A model generated the notes under the pieces. The model searched no databases, was not told the DNA's origin, and was given only the letters and a program-made list of their open reading frames with translations. From Lepidodermella squamata (Eukaryota > Animalia > Gastrotricha), in the NCBI GenBank assembly GCA_047495785.1, contig JBLDXI010000046.1:1240001-1304000 (forward strand): 64,000 bases of DNA. The letters are read 5' to 3'. The position numbers and the translations under genes are program-made. This document shows positions 35,799 to 45,676 of this stretch, in pieces; within the stretch, counting starts at the first letter, position 1; each line of letters starts with the position of its first letter.

Positions 35799-36269
35799 TC
35801 AAGCCAGCCTGCTCAGCGAAACCATCGCGTTTTTCAGCTCAGACCGGTAAATTTCGGGGATGCCGACCCAGTTTTCCGATCTCACGCGAGCCCTCATCTT
35901 GGCAAGAGCTATATCGGACTCGACTGAGTAGTAAAAATTGCTGATGCTGTTGCCACTGTTGCCGCAGTCGTAGAACTGGCCGGCAGGTAACGGAGGGGCG
36001 GACGGTGCCACAGGAAGCTGGCTAGATATAGCCACGCTTGCTATTGCGGGTAACGATGAATCAGGCGCATTGAATGAATTGCTAGGCGTTGAAGAATTTC
36101 GTGGAACTAAGTGGGCGATAGTTGAGTTGTTGTAGGTAACACTTGCCGCAGATGAAACAGTTTTAGTGTCGACAGCGTCCAACTCAGTCTGGCCTGTGTG
36201 AACTCTACCAGCGTGAATCTTAAGGCCGCGTTCATTTTTAAAAGTTTTATTGCAAACTTTGCAAAGCAT
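35799..36269 (-). pseudogene. C2H2 zinc-finger ORF remnant, probably the N-terminus of a transposable-element protein
   Basis: CKVCNKTFKNERGLKIHAGRVH followed by an S/P-rich linker; embedded in repeat-rich DNA. Confidence 0.5.
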
Positions 36270-37410
36270 CTTGTTGCGAATAAAACACCAAGTGAAGAAT
36301 GAGTAGCTACATTAATTCATTTCACGCATCAATCGTATCGCGCGTTAACGTGTTGTTGTTATGAATCGATCACCAATTTTTACTTTTATTATCCCTTGTT
36401 ACGAAAAGATCACCATTTTCGAAATATTAATCGGGAATTACTTAATTTTTGTTACGAAAAGTTCACCACCTTCGATACGAATATGAATTGATACGAATTT
36501 ACTCTATCTGAAAATATCACGTTACGAATGAATCACGGTACGAATTTGCTGGTACGAACTTACTATGAATCTTTTATTGAAAACTGATCGATTTTTAAAA
36601 AGATAGAAGGGGGGTCCCAAAACGGCACCCAAAGTCTATCTGCTTGCAACTTTTTCTGAAATCCGATTTCAGCTCCAATCGTCTTGATTTTTATGTCAAA
36701 CGAAAGCTGAAGAGACGGAGAATTTTATGCAAAAAACCCATGATTTAAACATCGAAAGTGTCCACAATCACCACACGTTACGGTAGCCTAGGCTTTTTAG
36801 CTAGCTTTGGCTAAATGGAACAAGCTGATTAGCTTCACATTTCTCCTAGTGTTATCTTATTCGCGATGATTTCAGGCAAAAAATTGGTGTAGTCCTGCGT
36901 CCGTCAACATCTCCGTCACGATTCGATGGGGTTTTTATTTGACGTTGGATACCCCATCCATGTGGCTACTCGGAATCCGGGTGCCATTCGAATCAGGGCC
37001 CTTGGAAACGTGTAAAAAAGCAAAGAGACCAGGGGGTCATATTTTGACGCCAACCGAGTAACCTCAAATACGGTACAATCACAGTTCATATTCAATGCCG
37101 TTTCGTCGCATTTTTCATTCTATAGAATAAAAATGGAAAATGGTATTATAGCGTTACGAATATCTGCATATTATGAGTATAATGCCTGGCTCGTTCTAAT
37201 CATTGCTGAATGAAAAAGTGCTCCAATGAACCGAGTTTAACACCGAGTTTAATAACACCACGGCAAATCGAATCTAATTTTTATTTAAATTCCAAGATAA
37301 GCTGGGTATGATTAAGCATTAAAGAGTCAGAAATATCTGGCAAAGCTAGAAGCTGTCGCCGGCAACTGGCAAGCATTTATTTAATGCAAATCAGGGTAAG
37401 CAAACGCGGG

Positions 37411-38559
37411 TCAAATTTCGGTATCAATGTTTCTCAATATTTCAGCCCAAAATGAAATGAAACTTGATAAGTGTTTTTTTAAGAGCGCAGTGTCTGATTC
37501 GACGCTTTCGGGGCAGTTTTTCATTTTATGATACAAGGAGCCACAAAGATGACAGATCGTGTCTTGCTTAATTTTCAAAACCATGCGAACAGAGTTGATG
37601 AAATCAGTCGTTAGATGGGTGGCTACTTTCTCGTGTGTTCGTTTCTCAGGCAACCAGTGTCTCGCAGACCAGTCATTCAACTGTAGAAGAGCATCATCGT
37701 CGAGATGTTGCTTGGTATTGGGGTCGAGCCGCGGGAGGACATAAATTTTTTTTATTCCTGATTGAATCATGCTCATCCCACACGAATATCGCATTTCTTT
37801 CTTGTCTTCTTCCGGCTTAACTGAATTTTCGGCGTCACACGGCATCCGAGTAACATATAGCGTGCATTTCTCCAAATTTATGCGATGCCGAAAGAGAAGA
37901 GCGTTAATTTCAGCGTGACAATTATCGTCATTGGGCGCCACTTTCTCCACCCCGGTAGGGCTTCCACACCAACCGATTGAAACCACTCTGCTGATGTCAT
38001 CAACGATAACGCATCCGACTTTGTAGTCTAGTTTCGAACGCTTGGCAGCAAACATCGCCAAAATCATGTGAAATTCCTCCCATGAGATGCGATCCAAATT
38101 TGATTTGAAGAATGTGTCTGCAACAGGCTGACAAATGAGATTGAAACAATTGCGTCGTTTCTTAACGTTCTCGTTTTGTTCCACGACGGGCGCTGTCGTT
38201 TTATATTTATGGTTGACCTTTACTAATTTGTAATAGTACTGGCATTGTTTGTCGACTATTTTGACACCGAAAAGGATTACGATGCCCGGTAACATCGCCT
38301 GAGTCCTGAAATGGAAAGCGTTCATTTCAGCATCGATGACCATCCGAGCAGCCTGTCCATGGACTAAATTTCTTGGATGACCCCGATAGCCAATGCCAAT
38401 AATCTCGTCTTTGTACTTCTTCACCAGGCAAGCTCCATGCTTGTGTTGCATATCTTGGCATCTTAAGGCGGCAGCTAGCGCTACTGAGTAGTAGTATCGT
38501 GACCAGCGAACATCATATGGATTGTTTATTTCATCCTCGATATTTTGCCATTCAGACAT
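37411..38559 (-). CDS. Deaminase gene B, copy 3 (dead domain + HAE domain with PC-x18-C + CCHC knuckle); likely start MSEWQ at 38559
   Basis: DAEMNA, CHAEINALLFR, YVTRMPC...YSCGMSMIQSGI, knuckle CHLCGSLYHKMKNC. Start chosen from alignment with the other copies and the upstream acceptor. Confidence 0.9.
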   Translation of the reverse strand: MSEWQNIEDEINNPYDVRWSRYYYSVALAAALRCQDMQHKHGACLVKKYKDEIIGIGYRGHPRNLVHGQAARMVIDAEMNAFHFRTQAMLPGIVILFGVKIVDKQCQYYYKLVKVNHKYKTTAPVVEQNENVKKRRNCFNLICQPVADTFFKSNLDRISWEEFHMILAMFAAKRSKLDYKVGCVIVDDISRVVSIGWCGSPTGVEKVAPNDDNCHAEINALLFRHRINLEKCTLYVTRMPCDAENSVKPEEDKKEMRYSCGMSMIQSGIKKIYVLPRLDPNTKQHLDDDALLQLNDWSARHWLPEKRTHEKVATHLTTDFINSVRMVLKIKQDTICHLCGSLYHKMKNCPESVESDTALLKKHLSSFISFWAEILRNIDTEI

Positions 38560-38653
38560 TATATAAAACTTTAAACTAGAAATGTATAAAATTTTCAATT
38601 GTTCGTCGTTGTGAAAAATAAAATGCACGCTATCACTTAGGTAGTTTATTAAC

Positions 38654-39841
38654 TCAACTGATCTGCAAAGGTGATTCATCACTTGTGATCACAAGGTCCT
38701 GGCCTGGAAAAAGGTTGCATATTGCCCCCATCGCGATTCCACTCTTACTGGCAATCCTACAGGCAACTAATTTGGGTTCTTTGTGCCAAACTGGACCGGG
38801 TTGAGGGTACACATTTAGCAATTTACTTAACTTTTTTTGGTCGTCACCATCGCTTGGGTTACCCAAAATAGCGATCCTTGATATGCCACATTGAATCATT
38901 GAAGGAATGCACCGACATTTATCGCGATCGGCATCTTCCAACCCTAATGGCCATGAGGTCATAAAAATAGTGCAGCCTCGTGAATCATCGGTGCGGAACA
39001 TGAGTGCAGCAAGAACTGCTTTACAGCAAGCAAGGTACTCAACATTTGATTCTTCGTCAGAATTCGATTCTGTGCCAATTGCTTCTGCACATTGTTGGTC
39101 GGACTTGTCTTCGGAATTCGATTCTGTGCCAATTGCTTCTGGATATCCTTTGCCAGAATTCCAACCTATGCCGATAATTTGGCCCCGAGTATTAACAATC
39201 ACTGCACCGAATTTACTGTTCAGGTTCTGTTGCGACGCCAAGATAGCAGTTGACATAAAAAATTCCTCCCATTCCAAGAAACGTGTTTTTTCTCCCTGGT
39301 GGTTGTTCTTGACAAATTCTATCAGAGCTGGCAGCTTCAGGCCTGCATTAAGCTCCACCCGAGTCGCTGACAAAATCCAATGAATTTTTTTAGGAAAGCA
39401 ATATTCTTTCACTAAGTCCGTCTCAGCTGCACTGTAAACTGTTGCCGACACGATTGCTTTTGGCTTCAACTGTCTAATTAGATAGAGAGCCTTCGTGTCA
39501 GGAAAATGAGTAAGATAGATAGTGCAATTCGTTAAATCAACGACACTTTTAAATAGAACAGCGTTCATCTCCGATTCAATATAGGCTTCAGTCATATCTT
39601 GATGAGCTCCATCTATTGGTCCATCGTAACCGACGCCTGCTATATACCCGCTTTCGTCGACTATACAAACTCCAGCTTTCTCAGTCTTATTGCTGTGCCG
39701 CGCAGTGCTTGATCTCAAAATAGCTAAGTAAGCGATCCCCATGTATAGAGTATGCTCCCAGTCAGGCTCGTCTTTTTCTTCTCTAAGATACAGGTACAAG
39801 CCAGCTTCATCCCTTGAACTTAGATCAACCGAAGTCCCCAT
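38654..39841 (-). CDS. Deaminase gene A, copy 3 (double pseudo-deaminase)
   Basis: 395 aa, intronless; first 44 aa identical to copy 2; IESEMNA, THFPD, CCKAV, KCRC; internal EAIGTESNS duplication. Confidence 0.88.
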   Translation of the reverse strand: MGTSVDLSSRDEAGLYLYLREEKDEPDWEHTLYMGIAYLAILRSSTARHSNKTEKAGVCIVDESGYIAGVGYDGPIDGAHQDMTEAYIESEMNAVLFKSVVDLTNCTIYLTHFPDTKALYLIRQLKPKAIVSATVYSAAETDLVKEYCFPKKIHWILSATRVELNAGLKLPALIEFVKNNHQGEKTRFLEWEEFFMSTAILASQQNLNSKFGAVIVNTRGQIIGIGWNSGKGYPEAIGTESNSEDKSDQQCAEAIGTESNSDEESNVEYLACCKAVLAALMFRTDDSRGCTIFMTSWPLGLEDADRDKCRCIPSMIQCGISRIAILGNPSDGDDQKKLSKLLNVYPQPGPVWHKEPKLVACRIASKSGIAMGAICNLFPGQDLVITSDESPLQIS

Positions 39842-41048
39842 AGTGGTGTTTGATCCGCCACGGCCACTATGCTAGTAAGCAATTGAATTATTATTTAGAT
39901 AAAACTAATTTAGGCCGAAGATGCTAGAAGCCAACATATGGTTGTATAGCCGATAAAATAATAAGTAGGGTTGCCAATAACTAATATTAAAGTATTACTA
40001 GCTTGTGAGGTGCAGAATAGCACACGCAATTGTCTGAAAGGTAATTTCAGGCTACTTATAAACTTGAGCTTCCCGGTTGTATCGAAATAATGAAACGTAA
40101 GGTATTATGAATTATAATTCGTGGTATGCTCTTGATAAAAAATTTCGACGACAGGCTCTCATTATTGTAGTAACTTATTACCGCTTGGTTGTCCTTTAAA
40201 TAGCACAAGGCCACCGAAGTAATACCAGTATGAAGTATTGTGAAGCATTTTTATCTTTGGAGCCATCCGACCCCAACTTGCAGCGTAGGAGTTTCGCCGC
40301 CAAGATAGTGGCACTAGCTGTCATGTGCCTCGCAAAAAACCCGATTAATTCTTCAGTCGCCAACCCAAAATATCATATAAAGGCATCATTCCACCACTCC
40401 ATGTTTAATTTTCCGGTGCATTTTCAGTACTTGAATTTAGCCACTCCTTCAGAAACTCTACCGCAATTACTGCCGTATCCTTAGGACTTCATTTGTGGCA
40501 AATCCCACCAACCAAGTAAAAAAGCCAGATTTCACGCAAATCGTTTATTTCCTGTCAGCTATACCTTTCTATCACTTTCGAGACGACATGCTTCGCAATA
40601 TATCATACGATTTATGCTGTTTCACAAAATACCCGACCCGAAATAGCCCAAAACCAATTCTGGCATTGTTATAATACTACAAGCCTGGAATAGCAAGTAT
40701 ATAGAGAAAGCATAATACATAGCCCAAGAAAAGCCGACATCAAAAAAGCAAGTAAACTACAAACAAAATTGCTATGATTCTTCCAAACTGCACAAATTGT
40801 CACTGATTGCCAAGCGCACGAAAATAAGTAACAGACAAAATATATATATTTGTATAATCAATATATCAAGTAAAAATTGCATCGAATCGCGACGAAAAAC
40901 AGTCAATTACTCTATGGTTATGTTACTAAGAAAAATCGAGAATGACAGTGTGTTTTCAAAGAAGAGGTGGCTGAAAGCAATTTCTCACAAAATTCGTAAA
41001 AAAACAGGCAGTAAACGATGTTAACAAAAACTGACCAAAATGTTAACT

Positions 41049-44000
41049 TCATAGAACTTCAAGGTCAACATGTCGCACTTCAGGGTATTTCTTCTTCAAA
41101 TTTTTCTCAACCCGATCGATTTCCGCGCCAATCAGGTCGACAATACCCTCACCGTGCCGCAGCATGAACGCCTCAAGGTCGTCCGTATTTTTCGACGCCT
41201 TTTGCAGTTCCATCAGCAGAATGTCCAGGTCAATTCGGTCGAGGTAGACCCGCGTCAATTCGCGCCCGTCAATATCAACCTCGGCCTTGAAACGCACCCG
41301 CCTGCCGCCCATTTCGGTCGCCTTAATGTCGTGAACAGCTCGAATGACTCGATCAGCCTCCAGTTCTTGCCGCATCATTTCACGCCGCGTTTCTGGGATC
41401 GACTGGCCGACGAGAATTACGGCGTTCGTGTAAATGATTGAGGAGGCGACACCGCCGAGTAGCGTGCCGATGATGAGAGAACCGACCGCGTCGGGAATGT
41501 GCGAGGCGTAGACGTGGGACAGCGCGAGGCAGGTAGCGGCTACGCCGACGCCGAGAACTGCGACACAGTCCTCGGCTAGCACAACATTGACTGAAGGATC
41601 ATAACCACGACGAACGTATTCTCTATTAAAAAAAATAATAAAATAGAAACTCAAAAAATGTGATTCGAATTTTATCAATTGTTTAAGATGGATTTGTGGA
41701 GTTTCATCTTTTGCTCATCTTCTCATCTTTTAAATTGAGGGGATCGACGCAATTTAAAACATTTTCAATTTTTTAACGGGTCTTGGCTCTCTGTCAGCTA
41801 TCTGCAAGGCTATCTGCACCCACCTAGTGGGTGTCATAAGGTGACTATTTACACCCAGTGGGTGCTCTAATCTTGCTATTTACACCCGAAAAGGGTGTAT
41901 TTAGCATCTTAAGAACACCCACTGGGTTTAAATAGCCACTTCCTGAACTTTTAGCGGAATCAAATTGTATAATTTTCAACGAGCCTAAAACCAATTTTCG
42001 AATAATCAAATTCAGGGTAAAATTCAGTATTCACGAATCGAATTTCTCGAATTAGGGCCTCACCACGCCGTCTCAAAAACTGAAGATTATTTCCAGAATA
42101 CGGCGGAAAATTGAAAAAAAATAGCTAATTCAAAATTTGCTAAAAATTCATTTTCAACTTTTTAAGGTGGATTTTTCTAGAACACATACATAAAAGGTAG
42201 TTTAGCCTCGGCCGCGGCGCGTCGAATTTGGCGAGCTCCGACGAGCAGACTGCCGCTTTCGGTTATGAAAGACCCGCCTAGAATAACTAGAGCCCAAGAT
42301 AGAGATTCGAGCTGTTCCGGGTGGAGAAGGGCTTGAATGCCGTGAAACCACGACAGGCCAGCACCGACGAAGAATATACCAACGCCAGAAATCAGCGAGC
42401 TGATGTACGTCAAATTATACCAGCCATATCTAAATCATAAAATGAAATATAAAAAAATCATAGAAAAAAAACAAACAAATTACGGATGAATTTGGTCTGG
42501 TCTTCTTTTCGACTGATGAATGCCGAAGGCTAGAATAGCCTGATTTAGGGTATCAGCCAGACTGTGAACGGATTCAGCAAACACTAAAAAAATTAAAGGT
42601 ATTTTTTCAATTTCACATTTTTCAAATTTTTCAACAAAACTTACTTGCTGACGAGCCAGTGTGAAGATATGCGAATAATTTCATGCCGAAATTGGCCGCA
42701 TTCACCGCAATAGCAGCCCATACAACGCGGCCGGAGCCTTTCAGGCTCTGTGACTGCGCCTTGTCCTGTTCATTGGTGAAGAACGCCTCATCGGCGCGGC
42801 CATTCGACGATTTCATCCACCGACTGCGCACATCCGCGTCTTGCGTCTGGCAACGACCGCGTTTCTTCGAATCATTCGCGTTCAATGGCTGTTGATCAAA
42901 CGCATTGCCGTTCTCGTTCGAGGCTGAGTAAGAACGAAGTGCGGTTAGAAGGGCCATCGAATTTTCGCCATGGTCCTCCAAAGCCTGACGCCTCCGCTCT
43001 TTTTCCTGCTCTAACCGAGCTAGACTACCCCAAACATCGACAGCTCTAAATTTCGGGGGAAAAACTCTTAAATTCAGATTGAATTATCAAGGTGGACGAA
43101 CCTTTTTTCGACGTCAACTCGAAGATATACAACAATATCCGGCCGGCCGTCGAAAGGACTGCGCCGTTTGGTGTTCCAAAGTCCAGCCAAATCACTAAAA
43201 TAGCATCAAATTAAAAAAATGGACATTAAAAATCAAGGCAGATGACACGTAAAAATGGGGTTTGATGCCGGATTCAAATTGAGTGACCGACCCAAATCAT
43301 TCGGTATCGCGTCAACTGTTTTGTATGAAACATGAAAGAAGCCGGAAAACCCCGATAAAATGTACCTTTTCTGTCTCTGAATCCCCCTTAAAAATCCCGC
43401 AGAACCAATGCCCGAGAATTTTCGTATCACAGATCCTGGCGTGTGAAGGGCGGTCGCGTGACCATACCACGTGACTCTTGGAAGCGTGCTCGCCACGCGC
43501 CCAGGAGCACGGGCGGGTTCTCCCATCCGCTCATCTGCCGCTTCTCAGTCGGTTCCGGCTGTGCTATTAGTTGTGTTCCTCAAGTAATAAATTCATGTAA
43601 CCTGTTATATTCCTGTTTCCTTGGGTTTTGTTAACAAGGTTTTTTTACAATACGCATCGAGATCGGCAAGAAATTAAGCTGTTTTCGGCCGCAAATAACA
43701 TGCATCCCGGCGGTGATCGACAAGCTGCGTTATGTGGACTCACAGATGTTGAGGAAATGTTCATTGCAATGGCGCATTCCCAAATCAACTATTACATTGT
43801 TCCAGGTGGCCAGTATCGATACTCGGGTCACTGCATCGCTTTCGAAAAAAACTCGGCGAAAAGTGTTCGCGAATTACCGATTGATTTATCGCAACTTCCA
43901 GCAACATGTCCATCCAGGTGATACTGTGGTTTTTTAAACATGAACTCTCACTTCTGATATTTTCTAGCCACTGTGTCAACATCGACATCATCAACGGAAG

Positions 44001-45525
44001 ACCGGCTTTTGGACGTGACCCATTCAATTTCGGCCATTTCTATTACGTTTTCGATCGCAGTCCTCCTATTTCGCGAGGTCCGCAAACTAAAATCTCATCG
44101 CAGTTCAATGGAATAACCCATTTTCACGCGGGCTAATTTGATTGGAGCCAACCCGTGCTGATTGAACGCATAAACTAAATAATATCATGCTTCACTACAT
44201 CTGATATTATCAAAAATAAACTACACACCCTTAACAGAACATAAAAATGTCAATTTCTTTGTCTCTAATTCTCTTTCTGATGCGAAAATCGGTTGAAGTG
44301 CCACAAGACGTTGACGATGAAAAGCTTTCGGCCGCTCCGGAATCCCGAGTAGCTATGGCCCAAAACTACGGTAATGACGCAGGAACTGACTTTTCAACGA
44401 TTGAAAATCTCGAACAACTGATTGAAGAAGAACGAAATAGAACTCTGATTGATATCGTTAATTGCGATAAGCAGCATGCTACGAAGAGATGGTCTTCGGT
44501 TCGACGCTTGGCATCAGCGAATGAGCCTCGCGTTAGTATGCGCAAGTTACCGAAGTAATTATTTTCGGAACCTGCCTTTTCATCAAAAATTGATTGAGAA
44601 ATTCAAGAAGGATTTCTTACATTCTAGTAAGGACGTATCCTTCATTTTTTTCTAAGGAGCAATCGTATCAATTTTCAATTATTTCTTCGAAATTTAAAGT
44701 TTGATGCCTCCATCGATTACTCTCAGGCTGGTTCTACACTATACTAGCTGCTGTGAGAATCAACGCTTGTCCACTCGGTGTGCATCTTGTCACTCATCAA
44801 TCATCAACGCAGAAAAAAACAATGCCATAGCTCATGCTCAAAACGACGAACTCATCACGTCCATTTCAACAAGAAAAGTAACTTGGTACATAGACTAGGT
44901 GGTACCATTGATTAGGCTTCAATCTCGATCGAGGACAATCCCTGGTCTATTAAATTGACTAACATAAGGAAATGCGAAATGTATGCACCTCCCCATTGAG
45001 GAACTATTTATTCGTTGAATTTTAGAATTGTGCATCAAACCCCACTTTTTGCCTCTTAATTCTGATATAAAATTTCAATTTACGTCGTAGTTAGAAGGTA
45101 TTCATTGTACGCTCGCTCGGGTGTCACAAATACATTGGCAGTGTGCCGCTCGTCCGGATCACCAGACAGTTTTTTGCGGCGACTTGTCGCTATTAAAAAT
45201 AATATTTAGGATTAATTTTTCCAAAATTCAAATTCAACCAACTTTTCGATACAGCTGATGTAGTTGTTGAAACTTTTGCCGTCTGCGTTGTTTCATGCGT
45301 TATTTTCGGGTCGATATTCGCCGCCATGGCAGTGACAACAGCTGGCGTGTTATTCGCCGCTGGAACCAGCATTTTCACCTTAGACGCGTCGACAGGCGGC
45401 ATTTTATCGCCAGAAAACGTCGACAAATTCACGGCTGCTGACGGCCGACCAGCAACCAGCTTAACAGAACTAGTCACCAGCCGCAGCGAACAACGCAAAC
45501 AAATTTTTTGCGTCAAAGAATTCAT
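41049..45525 (-). CDS. SLC30A9: SLC30A9/ZnT9 mitochondrial zinc transporter, paralog b; exons 45525-45243, 45189-45084, 43194-43102, 43045-42645, 42583-42484, 42429-42190, 41622-41049
   Basis: Phase-compatible GT-AG exons; motifs RAYNEYLL, RRSPF..VYLRVDVE, VWGS, GSGRVV, FAESVHSLADTLNQ, HPYG, VLAED, VDLEVL. N-terminus resembles a mitochondrial presequence. Confidence 0.9.
43690..43915 (+). mobile_element. Helitron/Helentron Rep-associated (DUF6570-like) remnant in the SLC30A9b intron
   Basis: LTDVEEMFIA...GGQYRYSGHCIAF...VRELP..LSQLP resembles the conserved region preceding Helitron Rep domains. Confidence 0.55.
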
Positions 45526-45676
45526 TGTAAAAAAATAATTAATACATTTCTCTAAAATTAAAATTAAAAAAAAATTAAGGTGGACTTTTTATCGAGTGCA
45601 AAAATCAAGCGCAAAAATATTTTTTGAGGTAAAACCAGTATAGATTGATTAGGAATGAAATCACAAACAAGCATAG

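Noticed and set aside
38560-38682. 41-aa N-terminal extension of B copy 3 overlapping gene A
   Set aside because: Absent from the other copies, and it covers the AT-rich spacer with poly(A) signal and acceptor. The start at 38559 fits better.
20164-39841. Calling the deaminases DCTD, ADAT2/3, APOBEC or true CDADC1 orthologs
   Set aside because: The fold motifs are dCMP-deaminase-like and the two-domain layout recalls CDADC1, but the motif losses, insertion and knuckle differ. Orthology needs a phylogeny, so no symbol is given.
28150-41441. Repeated plus-strand ORFs (MSLIAERTK..., MSHFRVFLL...)
   Set aside because: Antisense frames of the duplicated SLC30A9 exon and 3' UTR; the MSLIA frames start at non-ATG codons and differ by frameshifts between copies.
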